From assembly GCA_039930765.1 (NCBI GenBank), contig JBDTTF010000106.1, forward strand, positions 30,373-94,372: a stretch of 64,000 nt of DNA, in the 5' to 3' direction. This DNA is from Gemmatimonadota bacterium (lineage in GTDB: Bacteria > Gemmatimonadota > Gemmatimonadetes > Gemmatimonadales > GWC2-71-9). The notes under the pieces are model-generated. The model was not told the origin of the DNA. It saw only the letters and a list, made by a program, of their open reading frames with translations, and ran no database searches. The position numbers and the translations under genes are program-made. Positions 28,789 to 39,013 of this stretch are shown here, piece after piece; positions within the stretch are counted from its first letter, which is position 1, and the number at the start of each line of letters is the position of its first letter.

Positions 28789-31575
28789 TCACCACCCAAG
28801 CACAATCTCCGCCCGGGTATACAGGAACCGGCCATTGTACCCGAACGGCGACGCTGCGGCCCACGGGAAGGTGTTGTCGTTGTTGTTGTACTCCTTGTGG
28901 GCCTGGTCGGGATAGACGTCGAACAGGTTTCGGGCACCGATTGAAAGATTTACCGAGTTGAATCGGTATCCAATCTCGGCATCGGTCAGGAACTTCCCGC
29001 CGTAGTGCTCCTCGTCGGTGAAACTCGGCTGCGCCGAGTCGAAGGAGCCGTAGTAGGAGCCACGCAGCAAGGCATGGAAGCGGCCGTAGTTGTACTGCGG
29101 CGTGACCGTCGCGCGCCAGTTGGGCCGCTCCTTCTCGATGCCGACCTGGGTGACCAGATCGAGAATGCTGGTGTAGGTCGTGGCGGTGCCCTGCAGCACG
29201 GCCGGAACCGGGTCGATTCGGGTGATCTTGTTGCGGGTATAGTTGCCGCTGGCCGTCACTTGGAACGTTCCCTTGCCGGCTGCCGTGCGCCAATCGGCGG
29301 TCACATCGATCCCGTCCGTCTTGGTGTCCAGGCCATTGGTGAAGAACTGCAGGCCTGAGACGCCGGTGATGCCCGAATCAGCCAGCACCCGGGCGACCAC
29401 GCTGTCGCCATTTGCACCGGTGGGGTCACCGAGGAAGGTAGCGCCCAACAGGATCCGGTCGTTGATCTTGACATGGAACACGTCGACCGTGAACGTCAGA
29501 TTGTCGGTTGGCGTCAGTGCAAAGCCACCACTCAGGTTGACCGACTTCTCTTCCTTGAGCGGTTTGGCGCCGAGGACCTGGGCCGCCCGGTTGTTGACCG
29601 GGAAATTGCCGACCTCGACCAGGCTGCCACCGATGAAGTTGGTGGTCACGTGGCTGAAGTAACTCTGGGCCAAGCCAGGCGCCCGGAAGCCATTGCTCAG
29701 CGCGCCGCGGAGCACCAGGCGTCTGGTCGGCTGGTAGCGCAGCGCCAGTTTCCCAGAGATGTTGGAGCCGAAATCGCTGTAGTGCTCGAACCGGCCGGCC
29801 ACATTGACCAGGAACTGGGGAGCCAGATTGGTTTCGAGATCCACATAGCCAGCGAAGTTGTTCCGGCTGTGGTTGCTGGCATCCTCCGGCCGGAACCCGC
29901 CGAAGCCCGAGGAGCCTGCCGGGGCCAGCCCGCTGCTATCCTGCGCCTCATGGCCGCCGTTGACGTACGAGGCGAGTTCCCCTTCACCGATCTTGTAGCG
30001 TTCGCTGCGGTAGGCAACCCCGAACGCCAGGCTGAGCGGGCCCGGCAGGCCAACCCTGATCGACTTGGCGGCGTTGGCGCCGAGCAGGTACTCGCTCCGG
30101 TCCAGGCGGCCGGCAAAGAACGAGGTCTGGTTCGGAATTCCCGGGTCGTCCGCGTTGCCCGGGATGCCGTCGGCGCCTGGCGCGCAGGCCACATCGAGGC
30201 AGGGGCCGAGTGACGGATTGAGAGTGTTGTGCATGTCGTAATCGAACGTGTTCCTTCCGTACGATCCGCCAAAATCGAGCGACCACCCGGCCGCCGAGGT
30301 TCGAATCCCCGCCACCCCGGAGTAGTCCTGCACCGTGGGGTGGAATTCGGGTAGGAAGCCCTGCGGGTAGATCGATTGCCAATTTCGGTTGCTGTCGAAA
30401 TACCGGTAAAAGGCATTGCCGGTGCCGATCTTGTGGCTGTAGCCGCCGAAGGCGTACATCTCGGTACTCCCGGAGGCGTTGAGCGGCATCCGGAAATTCG
30501 CGAAACCCATCCCGTCCTTTTCGAGGCCGTCGCCCCAGTGCAGGTCGGGCTGCTTGAGCGAGTTGTTCTTTTTGATGATAGTGCCGGTCAGGGTGTCGAT
30601 GACGTCACCGATCCCGTTGGCGTCGACCAGGAACTTGTCGGGCCACGCCCGGTTGGTGGGGTCGCGGTGCTGGAATTCGCCGGTCAGCGCCAGTGAGCCC
30701 CTCCCCAGCTTGATCCCGACGCCACCGTTGAGGTCGACGGTGGTGCCATCGCCGGGATAATCGGCGGTGAAGTAGCGGCCGGCGTCGACATTGAGGAACG
30801 GGGTGAACTGGCCGTCTTTCATCACGATGTTGACCACGCCGGCGATGGCATCGGAGCCGTATTCGGCCGAGGCACCGTCGCGAAGCACTTCGATCCGTTC
30901 GATGGCGCCGCCGGGAATCGCGTTGAGGTCGACACCGCTGGAGCCGGCGCCGCTGCCGTACGGAAAGGTGTTGACCAGCGCCGTCTGATGCCGGCGCCAG
31001 CCGTTGACCAGGACCAGGGTATGGTCGGGGCTCAGGCCGCGGAGCGTGAACGGACGCACGATGTCGTTGCCGTCAGTCACACTCTGGTGCGGCACGTTGA
31101 CCGAAGGAGAGAGCGCCGCCAGGATCTGCCCGGTTTCGGACGTGCCCTGCGAGTGCACATCCTCGGCCGTGTAGACGTCGACCGGGACTGCCAGTTCATC
31201 CGCGGCGGCGTGGTGGGCCCGGGAACCGATCACGACTTCGGTCGGCGCCAGCTCAATCGGGTTCCGGGCCAGCACGAAATCGAGGGTGATGATGTCGCTG
31301 CGGCTCAGGGTTGTGGTCAGGGTGGTGGGGAGATAGCCGATGGCCTTGGCCCGGAGCACCAGCGTTCCGGCCGGCACTCCTTGCAACTCGTAGGTACCGC
31401 GGGAACTGGCGGTGGTTCGGAGTACCGTTCCCTCAACCGTGATCGTTGCGCCGGCAATCCGCCCCCCGGCGCTGTCACTGACTTGCCCCTTGATCGTGCC
31501 CGATTGGGCCCGCAGACTCCCGGTAGTGACCGAAACCAGCCCGACCACCAGCATCAGACGAAGCAATTGACGCAC
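28789..31575 (-). CDS. TonB-dependent receptor with CarboxypepD_reg-like N-terminal domain
   Basis: GTG 31575 preceded by GGGAGG. Signal peptide LMLVVGLVSVTTGSLRAQS, then a GTIKGQVSD..GATITVEG domain, a plug, and a long barrel ending ...YTRAEIVLGW. Confidence 0.85.
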   Translation of the reverse strand: MRQLLRLMLVVGLVSVTTGSLRAQSGTIKGQVSDSAGGRIAGATITVEGTVLRTTASSRGTYELQGVPAGTLVLRAKAIGYLPTTLTTTLSRSDIITLDFVLARNPIELAPTEVVIGSRAHHAAADELAVPVDVYTAEDVHSQGTSETGQILAALSPSVNVPHQSVTDGNDIVRPFTLRGLSPDHTLVLVNGWRRHQTALVNTFPYGSGAGSSGVDLNAIPGGAIERIEVLRDGASAEYGSDAIAGVVNIVMKDGQFTPFLNVDAGRYFTADYPGDGTTVDLNGGVGIKLGRGSLALTGEFQHRDPTNRAWPDKFLVDANGIGDVIDTLTGTIIKKNNSLKQPDLHWGDGLEKDGMGFANFRMPLNASGSTEMYAFGGYSHKIGTGNAFYRYFDSNRNWQSIYPQGFLPEFHPTVQDYSGVAGIRTSAAGWSLDFGGSYGRNTFDYDMHNTLNPSLGPCLDVACAPGADGIPGNADDPGIPNQTSFFAGRLDRSEYLLGANAAKSIRVGLPGPLSLAFGVAYRSERYKIGEGELASYVNGGHEAQDSSGLAPAGSSGFGGFRPEDASNHSRNNFAGYVDLETNLAPQFLVNVAGRFEHYSDFGSNISGKLALRYQPTRRLVLRGALSNGFRAPGLAQSYFSHVTTNFIGGSLVEVGNFPVNNRAAQVLGAKPLKEEKSVNLSGGFALTPTDNLTFTVDVFHVKINDRILLGATFLGDPTGANGDSVVARVLADSGITGVSGLQFFTNGLDTKTDGIDVTADWRTAAGKGTFQVTASGNYTRNKITRIDPVPAVLQGTATTYTSILDLVTQVGIEKERPNWRATVTPQYNYGRFHALLRGSYYGSFDSAQPSFTDEEHYGGKFLTDAEIGYRFNSVNLSIGARNLFDVYPDQAHKEYNNNDNTFPWAAASPFGYNGRFLYTRAEIVLGW

Positions 31576-31677
31576 GGGACCTCCCAAAGTGGCAGTGATT
31601 CGAATGGAGCCGCATCCGCTTCGGTGGGAGCGGAGGGACGATGGACTCAATTGTGTCGGTGGATTGATATCGGACAG

Positions 31678-31704
31678 ATTATAGGCCGCCGGGGACGGCG
31701 TCAA
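31678..31704 (-). promoter_or_regulatory. candidate sigma70-type promoter TTGACG-15-TATAAT for the TonB receptor
   Basis: Minus-strand hexamers read directly (plus strand cgtcaa 31699-31704, attata 31678-31683). The 15-nt spacer is short. Confidence 0.35.
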
Positions 31705-31715
31705 GCGGCCGGGCG

Positions 31716-32213
31716 CTACGGCTCCCGCTTCCAGGCCAGTGCGGCTCCGCTGTCGGCCAGGCTGGTCGCGAGGCGCTTCACCCTCTCCGGCACCCCCTCA
31801 CTTCCCCCGGTCCAGTCGACGCGGTGCACCGAATCGCTCACCGTCACCCGGATTTCCCAGCCCGGCAAATCGGTGATGCGAAGGGGGAATTCGGCGGGAG
31901 ATTCGAAGAACCCGGCGGCCACGACCTGGTTCGCCATCCGTGCAAAGGCCGCCGAGTCGAACGGGGCCACCCGCTTGCCGGTGTCGGTGGCGAAGCGGCC
32001 CCCTTCGTAGTGCGCCATCCCGCCGCGGGAAAACTCATAACTGAAGGTGGGGCAGCTGCCGAAGCAGGGGGTACGGCGGACGGCGATCGACCGGATATCC
32101 AGTCTCTGCCCAACTGCGGCTGGCGCCGGGGCGCTTTCGGCGGCGGGTCGGGCCGACTTGGCGGGACCGCAGGCCAGCACCAACAGCGCGACGGCGGCGG
32201 CGGATGATCGCAT
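31716..32213 (-). CDS. lipoprotein with CFGSCP motif (DUF6438-like)
   Basis: MRSSAAAVALLVLACG lipobox. The RRTPCFGSCPTFSYEF motif resembles DUF6438 proteins from memory. ATG 32213 follows AGGGA; an alternative ATG is at 32231. The longer ORF to 32600 is low-complexity. Confidence 0.55.
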   Translation of the reverse strand: MRSSAAAVALLVLACGPAKSARPAAESAPAPAAVGQRLDIRSIAVRRTPCFGSCPTFSYEFSRGGMAHYEGGRFATDTGKRVAPFDSAAFARMANQVVAAGFFESPAEFPLRITDLPGWEIRVTVSDSVHRVDWTGGSEGVPERVKRLATSLADSGAALAWKREP

Positions 32214-32375
32214 CTGGATCCCTACTTGCATGGGCCACTCAGTAGAGAGCGCGTTAGCGTGATGTCCCTGCGCTTGAGTGTAGCACTCCGCCCCGGTCGG
32301 AGCGATGCCTTTCTCTCGGCAGCTTCCGCCGGCGGCCAAGTTGGCAATCCCACAGCGACCCCGCCAACTTCCGGC

Positions 32376-33392
32376 ATGGCCGACGAGCAGCTGCTGACTC
32401 AACTTCGGGCCCGGCATCCTGCGGCGGTCGCTCGGGCCATTTCTATCGTTGAAAATGGGCGTCCCGGGTTCGAAACCCTTCTCGCTGCTATCTTTCCGTC
32501 CATCGGGCGCGCGGCGCGGATCGGCCTCACCGGGCCCCCAGGAGCTGGAAAATCGACCCTGGCGGAACGCCTGGCCCAGAGTTGGCGATCGAACGGGCAT
32601 TTGGTGGCGGTGGTCGCGGTCGATCCCACCAGCCCGTTCACCGGTGGAGCGCTGCTGGGCGACCGGATCCGGATGGAATCGCTGGCCCTCGACGAGGGTG
32701 TCTTCATCCGTTCAATGGCCACCCGGGGCTCACTCGGCGGACTGGCCACCACCACCCGCGAAGTCTGCGATGTACTGGATGCCGCGGGCTTCGATCGCAT
32801 CATCATCGAAACCGTGGGGGTTGGACAATCCGAGCTTGATGTGGCCCGGAGCGCGGACAGCACGATCCTGGTCCTGGTTCCCGAGTCGGGAGACGGCATC
32901 CAGACCCTCAAGTCCGGGGTGATGGAAATCGCCGACCTGTTCGTGGTGAACAAGGCCGATCGGCCCGGCGCCGACCGGATGCGCCACGAGATCGAAGTCT
33001 CACTCGGCATTCGGGCCGGCAACGCCTTCCGCAACGTGCCGGCACATCATGGGATCAAGGGCGCCGCCCGGGGTGTTGCCCCGGTCAGGACGGCGCCGGT
33101 CCTGGCCACGGTCGCCTCGAAGGGCGAAGGGATCGCCGAGCTGGTCAACATGATCGAATCTCACCACGCCTCGATCGTCGCCTCCGGAGAGCTGGCCGCT
33201 CGCCGCCGCCGTCGGGTGGCCGAGCGGACTCGTGAGGTGGTTGACCGGGCCGCACGGCGCTGGGTGTGGCGCGAGACACGGGCCGATCAACGGATCGAGG
33301 AGCGTCTCGACCAGCTGGCCAGCGGACAGACCAGTCCGTACGCGGTGGCACAGGAAATCCTCGAGGAATTGAAGGAAGGAAGCCGGACATGA
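32376..33392 (+). CDS. meaB: B12-mutase accessory GTPase (MeaB/ArgK family)
   Basis: ISIVENG, P-loop [29 protein letters not shown] and NKADR motifs. ATGA overlap with the mutase gene. Confidence 0.85.
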   Translation: MADEQLLTQLRARHPAAVARAISIVENGRPGFETLLAAIFPSIGRAARIGLTGPPGAGKSTLAERLAQSWRSNGHLVAVVAVDPTSPFTGGALLGDRIRMESLALDEGVFIRSMATRGSLGGLATTTREVCDVLDAAGFDRIIIETVGVGQSELDVARSADSTILVLVPESGDGIQTLKSGVMEIADLFVVNKADRPGADRMRHEIEVSLGIRAGNAFRNVPAHHGIKGAARGVAPVRTAPVLATVASKGEGIAELVNMIESHHASIVASGELAARRRRRVAERTREVVDRAARRWVWRETRADQRIEERLDQLASGQTSPYAVAQEILEELKEGSRT

Positions 33393-35089
33393 GCGGCTCT
33401 GAGACCCCCAGCTCGACCCTTCGCACCGCCGCGATGGAGGAGGAACTGACCCGCCTGCGTGCCGAAGTGCGGGCCTGGCGGGACCTGGTCGCCGCGCTGC
33501 CGGTCCGGGAGGGGGTCGAGTTCAGCAACAGCTCCGGAACCCCGATCGAGCCGATGTACACCGCGCTGGATGTCCAGCGGGATCCGACCGCCGATGGTCT
33601 GCCGGGCAGCTTTCCGTATACCCGCGGCATTCATCCCACGATGTACCGTGGCCGGCTCTGGACCATGCGGCAGTTTGCCGGCTTTGGCACCGCCAGGGAT
33701 ACCAACGCCCGGTACAAGTTCCTGCTGGCGCGGGGGCAGACCGGGTTGTCGGTCGCTTTCGACTTTCCCACCCTGATGGGCTACGATGCCGACCACCCGC
33801 GGTCCGAGGGAGAAGTCGGCAAGTGCGGCGTGGCCATCTCGAGCCTGGCGGACATGGAAGACCTGTTCAGCGGCATTCCGCTCGATCAGGTTTCGACCTC
33901 GATGACCATCAACGGCCCGGCGGCGATCATTTTCTGTTTCTATGTCGCCGCCGCCGAAAAGCAGGGTGTGCCGATCGGGAAACTGCAGGGCACTATCCAG
34001 AACGACATTCTCAAGGAATACATGGCCCAGCACGCCTGGGTCTTTCCGCCCGAGCCCGCCCTCAAGATCATCGTCGACCTGTTTGCCTGGGCGGCGGAGC
34101 ACACCCCGAAGTGGAATACCATCTCGATCTCCGGCTACCACATTCGTGAGGCCGGCTCTACCGCGGTCCAGGAACTGGCCTTTACCCTGGCCAATGGATT
34201 CAGCTACGTCGAGCATGGCCTGGCCCGCGGTCTCGATATCGATGCCTTCGTCCCTCGGCTGTCGTTCTTCTGGGACATCCACAACGATTTCTTCGAGGAA
34301 ATCGCCAAGCTGCGGGCGGCGCGGCGGATCTGGGCCCGGCACCTGCGCGAACGCTACGGCGCCCGCAATCCGCGCAGCTGGCAGATGCGGTTCCACTGCC
34401 AGACCGCCGGGGTGACGTTGACCGCCCAGCAGCCGCACAACAACATCGTGCGGGTGGCCTACCAGGCCCTGGCCGCGGTGCTCGGTGGCACCCAGTCACT
34501 GCACACCAACGCGCTCGATGAAACCCTGGCGCTGCCGACCGAGCATGCCGTTCGCGTGGCGCTCCGGACCCAGCAGATTCTGGCGGCGGAGACCGGGGTG
34601 CCCAATGTGGCCGACCCGCTGGGTGGCTCGTACTACGTCGAAGCGCTGACCGACCGGCTGGAAAAGGAAGCCGAGGAGATCTTCGCCGAGATCGAGTCAC
34701 ACGGGGGAGTGGTCGCCGCCATCGAAACCGGCTGGTTCCAGCGCCAGATTGCCCAGTCGGCCTCGCGATTCCAGACTGAGGTCGAGCAGAATCGCCGGAT
34801 CATCGTCGGGCTCAATGATTTCGTGGAGGCCGACGAGCATCCGGTCGACATCCTCAAGATCGACGATTCGGCCGAACGGGAGCAGCGGGTCCGGATGGCC
34901 GAGCTCCGGGCCCGGCGCGACGATGCGATGGTCAAGGTCCGGCTGGCGGCGCTGCACGCCGCGGCCGCGGCCGAGGTCAACATCATTCCGGCAATGCTCG
35001 ATTGCGCCAGGGCGTACTGTACCCTGTATGAAATCCGTGCCGTGCTCGAGGGCGTCTACGGCGCCTATCGCGAGCCGGTGTTCTTCTAA
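33389..35089 (+). CDS. coenzyme-B12 acyl-CoA mutase large (substrate-binding) subunit, isobutyryl-CoA-mutase-like (methylmalonyl-CoA mutase family)
   Basis: [63 protein letters not shown] and [12 protein letters not shown] motifs. No C-terminal B12 domain, which is encoded separately at 36936. Confidence 0.85.
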   Translation: MSGSETPSSTLRTAAMEEELTRLRAEVRAWRDLVAALPVREGVEFSNSSGTPIEPMYTALDVQRDPTADGLPGSFPYTRGIHPTMYRGRLWTMRQFAGFGTARDTNARYKFLLARGQTGLSVAFDFPTLMGYDADHPRSEGEVGKCGVAISSLADMEDLFSGIPLDQVSTSMTINGPAAIIFCFYVAAAEKQGVPIGKLQGTIQNDILKEYMAQHAWVFPPEPALKIIVDLFAWAAEHTPKWNTISISGYHIREAGSTAVQELAFTLANGFSYVEHGLARGLDIDAFVPRLSFFWDIHNDFFEEIAKLRAARRIWARHLRERYGARNPRSWQMRFHCQTAGVTLTAQQPHNNIVRVAYQALAAVLGGTQSLHTNALDETLALPTEHAVRVALRTQQILAAETGVPNVADPLGGSYYVEALTDRLEKEAEEIFAEIESHGGVVAAIETGWFQRQIAQSASRFQTEVEQNRRIIVGLNDFVEADEHPVDILKIDDSAEREQRVRMAELRARRDDAMVKVRLAALHAAAAAEVNIIPAMLDCARAYCTLYEIRAVLEGVYGAYREPVFF

Positions 35090-35101
35090 CCCCTCCAGGT
35101 C

Positions 35102-36253
35102 ATGCCTCCGCTCGATCCAGCCAAGATTCTCAACCGCCTGGCCCGCATGAAGCCGGGCCGTGATCCCATCGTGTCCTGCTATCTCAAGCTCGAGCCGCGC
35201 GACCGGTCGCGGAACCGCTACCTGGTCAAGTTCAAGAACCGCCAGCGGGAAATCGAGCAGTCGCTTGAGGCGCGTTATCCCGACAAGCACGATCGGGACG
35301 CCATCCGCCGGGACCTGGGGTTGATTCGCGAGTATCTCTCGACCCCGACCCACCTGCCGGCCACCCAGGGCGTTGCCATCTTTGCATCGAGCGGACAGGG
35401 GCTGTTCGAAGTGCTGCCGCTGCCACGGGTCCATCGGTCACGGCTGGCGGTAGACCGGACTCCTCTGGTTCGGGAACTGGCCGCGCTGGAGGACGAAGTC
35501 GGCCGGCTCCTCACCGTGGTGGTCGACCGCAACGGCGCCCGGCTTTTCGAGGTCTCGGCCTTTGACGCCAGGGAAGTGGCCGAGGTCAAGGCTGACTCGA
35601 CCCATCGCGGCCGATTCCATGGCACCAGGGCGGAACCAGGCAAGGGCGAGCACGCCTTTCATCAGCGACTCAAGCAGGAGCGCCAGCGGCATCTCGACGT
35701 GGTGGCCCGGGCCATCTTCGAGCGCCACCAGCGCAATCCGGTGCACGGCTTGGTCATCGCCGGGCCTGGGCCGGAAGCGGCGGCCCTCGAGCCGTTCCTG
35801 CATCCGTATCTCACTGAACGTCTGCTGGGCGCCGCTCAGCTCAATCCGCGTGAGGCCACCCCGGGGCTGGTCCACGCCGCCACGGTGGCGGTGCGGGAGG
35901 CGTATCGCGAGGCCGCCGAGCATGACCTGATTCATGACCTGGCGGAGGCTGAGGGGGCGGGGTGGGGGACCAGGAGCACCACCGAAGCCCTGCGGGCACT
36001 CTCACGTGGGCAGGTCCGGACCCTGCTTGTTTCCGAAGAAACGTCGCTGCCGGGGTTCCGATTCGCCGGCAGCGGCCGGCTGTCGCTCAGCGATGAGGAT
36101 GGGCGCGGCGAAGGCGAGGCCGTGCCGGTGATCGATGTGCTCGACGACGCGATCGAAGAGGCGTTGCGCCAGCGGGTCACCGTCGAAGTGCTGACCGATG
36201 ACAAGTCGCGCGCCAAGGTCGGCGGACTCGCCGCGCTCTACCGCTTCAAGTGA
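35102..36253 (+). CDS. eRF1/Pelota-like protein (bacterial baeRF-type), function unknown
   Basis: Three-part layout: N-terminus VSCYLKLEP.., centre VVVDRNGARLFEV...HRGRFHG, and C-terminus [20 protein letters not shown], which resembles the eRF1 domain-3 ending GGIGAILRY. Recognised from memory of Rv2629-like/baeRF families, not computed. Confidence 0.5.
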   Translation: MPPLDPAKILNRLARMKPGRDPIVSCYLKLEPRDRSRNRYLVKFKNRQREIEQSLEARYPDKHDRDAIRRDLGLIREYLSTPTHLPATQGVAIFASSGQGLFEVLPLPRVHRSRLAVDRTPLVRELAALEDEVGRLLTVVVDRNGARLFEVSAFDAREVAEVKADSTHRGRFHGTRAEPGKGEHAFHQRLKQERQRHLDVVARAIFERHQRNPVHGLVIAGPGPEAAALEPFLHPYLTERLLGAAQLNPREATPGLVHAATVAVREAYREAAEHDLIHDLAEAEGAGWGTRSTTEALRALSRGQVRTLLVSEETSLPGFRFAGSGRLSLSDEDGRGEGEAVPVIDVLDDAIEEALRQRVTVEVLTDDKSRAKVGGLAALYRFK

Positions 36254-36936
36254 GCCTGCGGGTCATCCTGTTCGATGCCGGGAACACCCTGCTGTTCCTG
36301 GATTACGATCGCCTGGCCCGCGCGGTGGGGCAGGGCACCGGGTTGCCACTGACCGGTGCCATGCTGTCCGTCCAGGCCAAACCAGCCGCACTGGCCCTCG
36401 AGCGGGCCGATACCACCGACCGGGCCCGCGCCACCGTCTACCTCGAGACCTTGTTCGTGCTGGCCGGTGTGCCGCTCGCCAGGCTACCGGAGGTCAGGGA
36501 CACTCTCCTGCGGCTCCACGGGGAGATGCATCTCTGGAGCGCTCACGACAGCCGCACCCACGGCGCCCTGGCCCGGCTGCGTGAGGCCGGATTTCGGCTC
36601 GGCGTGGTTTCCAACAGCGACGGCCGAGCCGACGAGGCGCTGGTGGCGGCCGGACTCCGTGACAACTTCGAACTCGTGGTAGATTCACAGCTGGTCGGAT
36701 ACGAAAAACCCGATCCCCGAATCTTTCTGCTGGCGCTCGACCAGATGGGTGTGCGGCCGGATGAGGCGCTCTACGTCGGGGATATCTATGAAGTCGATGT
36801 GGTCGGCGCCCGCCGGGCCGGCATGGACGTGGTGCTGCTCGATCCGCTGGGCAATCACGAGGGCCGGGACGTGACCACGGTCCGGTCCATCGCCGAGCTG
36901 GCCGATCGTCTTCTGGCACAACCAAGAGGCTCCTGA
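36250..36936 (+). CDS. HAD-superfamily hydrolase (subfamily IA-like)
   Basis: Motif [11 protein letters not shown], motif II VVSNSDG, motif [23 protein letters not shown] and TGATG junctions with the neighbouring genes. Confidence 0.75.
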   Translation: MSLRVILFDAGNTLLFLDYDRLARAVGQGTGLPLTGAMLSVQAKPAALALERADTTDRARATVYLETLFVLAGVPLARLPEVRDTLLRLHGEMHLWSAHDSRTHGALARLREAGFRLGVVSNSDGRADEALVAAGLRDNFELVVDSQLVGYEKPDPRIFLLALDQMGVRPDEALYVGDIYEVDVVGARRAGMDVVLLDPLGNHEGRDVTTVRSIAELADRLLAQPRGS

Positions 36937-37355
36937 TGAGTGATGCCGTGCCCCGTCCGATTCGCGTGCTGGTCGCCAAGCCGGGGCTGGACGGCCATGA
37001 TCGCGGTGCCAAGGTCGTGGCGGCGGCGCTGCGCGATGCCGGGATGGAAGTGATCTACACCGGCCTGCACCAGACGCCGGAGATGATCGCGGCGGCGGCG
37101 GTGCAGGAGGACGTGGATGTGGTCGGCCTGTCGGTGCTGTCGGGGGCCCACATGACGCTGTTTCCAAGAGTTCGAAAGCTGCTGGTCGACCAGGGCCGGC
37201 CTGATATCCTGCTGACCGGTGGCGGAATCATTCCGGAGGAGGACCGGGGCCAGCTCGAGGCCGTCGGGGTTGGCAAGCTGTTCGGGCCTGGCACTCCCAC
37301 CACCGATCTCATCGCCTACATCGAGCAGTGGGCCAGCTCCCACCTCGAACGCTGA
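36936..37355 (+). CDS. acyl-CoA mutase small subunit (cobalamin-binding domain)
   Basis: [21 protein letters not shown] (DxHxxG B12 motif) and [11 protein letters not shown]. 139 aa. Confidence 0.9.
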   Translation: MSDAVPRPIRVLVAKPGLDGHDRGAKVVAAALRDAGMEVIYTGLHQTPEMIAAAAVQEDVDVVGLSVLSGAHMTLFPRVRKLLVDQGRPDILLTGGGIIPEEDRGQLEAVGVGKLFGPGTPTTDLIAYIEQWASSHLER

Positions 37356-37362
37356 GCCATCC

Positions 37363-39009
37363 GTGAGCCAAGGCTCCAAGGCGCCCCCGGCGGGGCGGCT
37401 CCGCGCCCTGACCACCGAATACCTGGCCCTGGCTGAGAAGCTGCGGCAGGGAGGTGGTCCTGCGCGAGTCAAGAAGATGCACGAGAAGGGTCAGCTCGCA
37501 CCCCGTGAACGGGTGGCGCGGCTGCTCGATCCTGGCTCACCGTGGCTCGAGCTGGGGCTGCTGGCCGCTTACGATCAGTACGAGGGGCAGGCGCCGGCGG
37601 CTGGGGTAATCACCGGACTGGGCGTCGTCGAGGGCCGGGATGTGGTGGTGGTGGCCAACGACGCGACGGTCAAGGCGGGCAGCTGGTGGCCCGAGACCAT
37701 TCGCAAGATCCTGCGGGCGCAGGAAGTGGCCATGCGCCAGCGGATTCCCATCATCTATCTGGTCGACAGCGCCGGGGTCAATCTGCCCTATCAGGGTGGA
37801 GTGTTCCCTGGCCAGTATGGCGCGGCGCGGATCTTCTATTACAACTCGATCATGCGGCGGTACCTCCGGGTGCCGCAGATCAGCGCCGTGATGGGCAGCT
37901 GCATCGCCGGCGGTGCATACCTCCCGGCGTTATCCGATGTGATCTTCATGGTCGAGGGCACCAGCTTCATGGGGCTCGGCGGGCCGAACCTGGTCAAGGG
38001 CGCCACCGGCCAGACCGTCGAAGCCGAGACGCTGGGTGGTGCCGCGATGCACACCAGCGTGAGTGCGGTGGCCCACTACCGCGCCGCGACCGATGCCGAC
38101 TGCCTGGTCCGGATCCGGGAGTACGTCGCCCGGTTGCCGGAAAACCAGCCGGTGGCCCATCGGGTAGTCCCTGCAGTTCCCCCCAGCCGGCCAGCCAGCG
38201 ATCTCTATTCGCTGCTCCCGGCCGATCACCGGATGTCCTACGACGCGCATGCGGTCCTGGCCTGCCTGCTGGATGGCGGCACGCTCGATGAATTCCAGCC
38301 TGATCACGCCAGGGAAATGATCTGTGGCCATGGACGGATCGAAGGTCGGCCCGTCGCGGTGCTCGCCAATGCGCGAGGGTTGATCAAGGCACCGGAGGGC
38401 GAGCGACCTCGTTTCGGTGGCATCATCTACACCGAGAGCGCGGAAAAAGCGGCGTTTTTCATCGAGACCGCCGCCCGGGAGCGCCTGCCACTCCTGTTTG
38501 TGCAGGACGTCAGCGGCTTCATGGTCGGGCCGGAGGCCGAGCAGTCGGGCATCATCCGGGCTGGAGCGCATTTCGTGGAGGCCATGGCCACCGCCCCCGT
38601 TCCCAAGATCGTGCTGACCATCAATCATGCGTCCGGCGCCGGCTATTACGCCATGGCAGGCCAGGGTTTCGATCCCGATTTCATCGTGAGCTGGCCGACT
38701 GGACGGATGGGAGTGATGGAAGGTGAGGCCGCGGTTGAGGCGGTGCACGGCGCGGAGCTGGCCAAGGCTCGCAAGGCGGGGGGCAAGCCGCCCGAAGCGG
38801 TGCAGGACTCGATCGGCGCCATGAGGACCGACTACGACCACCAGCTCGATGCCCGTTACGCGGCGGCCCGTGGCTTCGTCGATGCCCTCGTCACCCCCGA
38901 GGAAACCAGGGCCCAGCTGGCGTTCCTGCTGCGGGTCAGCAGCAACTGGGGCGGACCTCACCTCGGTCCGTTTGTCATTCCGCCGCTCGATGCGGCCCAA
39001 TCCCGCTGA
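37363..39009 (+). CDS. acyl-CoA carboxylase carboxyltransferase (beta) subunit, methylcrotonyl-CoA-carboxylase-beta-like
   Basis: GTG 37363 is the first start after the 37355 stop. GQLAPRERVARLLDPGS, VVANDATVKAGSWWP, IIYLVDSAGVNLP and AVMGSCIAGGAYLPALSD motifs. Confidence 0.8.
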   Translation: MSQGSKAPPAGRLRALTTEYLALAEKLRQGGGPARVKKMHEKGQLAPRERVARLLDPGSPWLELGLLAAYDQYEGQAPAAGVITGLGVVEGRDVVVVANDATVKAGSWWPETIRKILRAQEVAMRQRIPIIYLVDSAGVNLPYQGGVFPGQYGAARIFYYNSIMRRYLRVPQISAVMGSCIAGGAYLPALSDVIFMVEGTSFMGLGGPNLVKGATGQTVEAETLGGAAMHTSVSAVAHYRAATDADCLVRIREYVARLPENQPVAHRVVPAVPPSRPASDLYSLLPADHRMSYDAHAVLACLLDGGTLDEFQPDHAREMICGHGRIEGRPVAVLANARGLIKAPEGERPRFGGIIYTESAEKAAFFIETAARERLPLLFVQDVSGFMVGPEAEQSGIIRAGAHFVEAMATAPVPKIVLTINHASGAGYYAMAGQGFDPDFIVSWPTGRMGVMEGEAAVEAVHGAELAKARKAGGKPPEAVQDSIGAMRTDYDHQLDARYAAARGFVDALVTPEETRAQLAFLLRVSSNWGGPHLGPFVIPPLDAAQSR

Positions 39010-39013
39010 ACTG

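Noticed and set aside
31576-31680. Cobalamin riboswitch in the TonB receptor leader
   Set aside because: Only a GCCACT-like fragment is present. The leader is about half the length of a cobalamin riboswitch and lacks the other conserved boxes.
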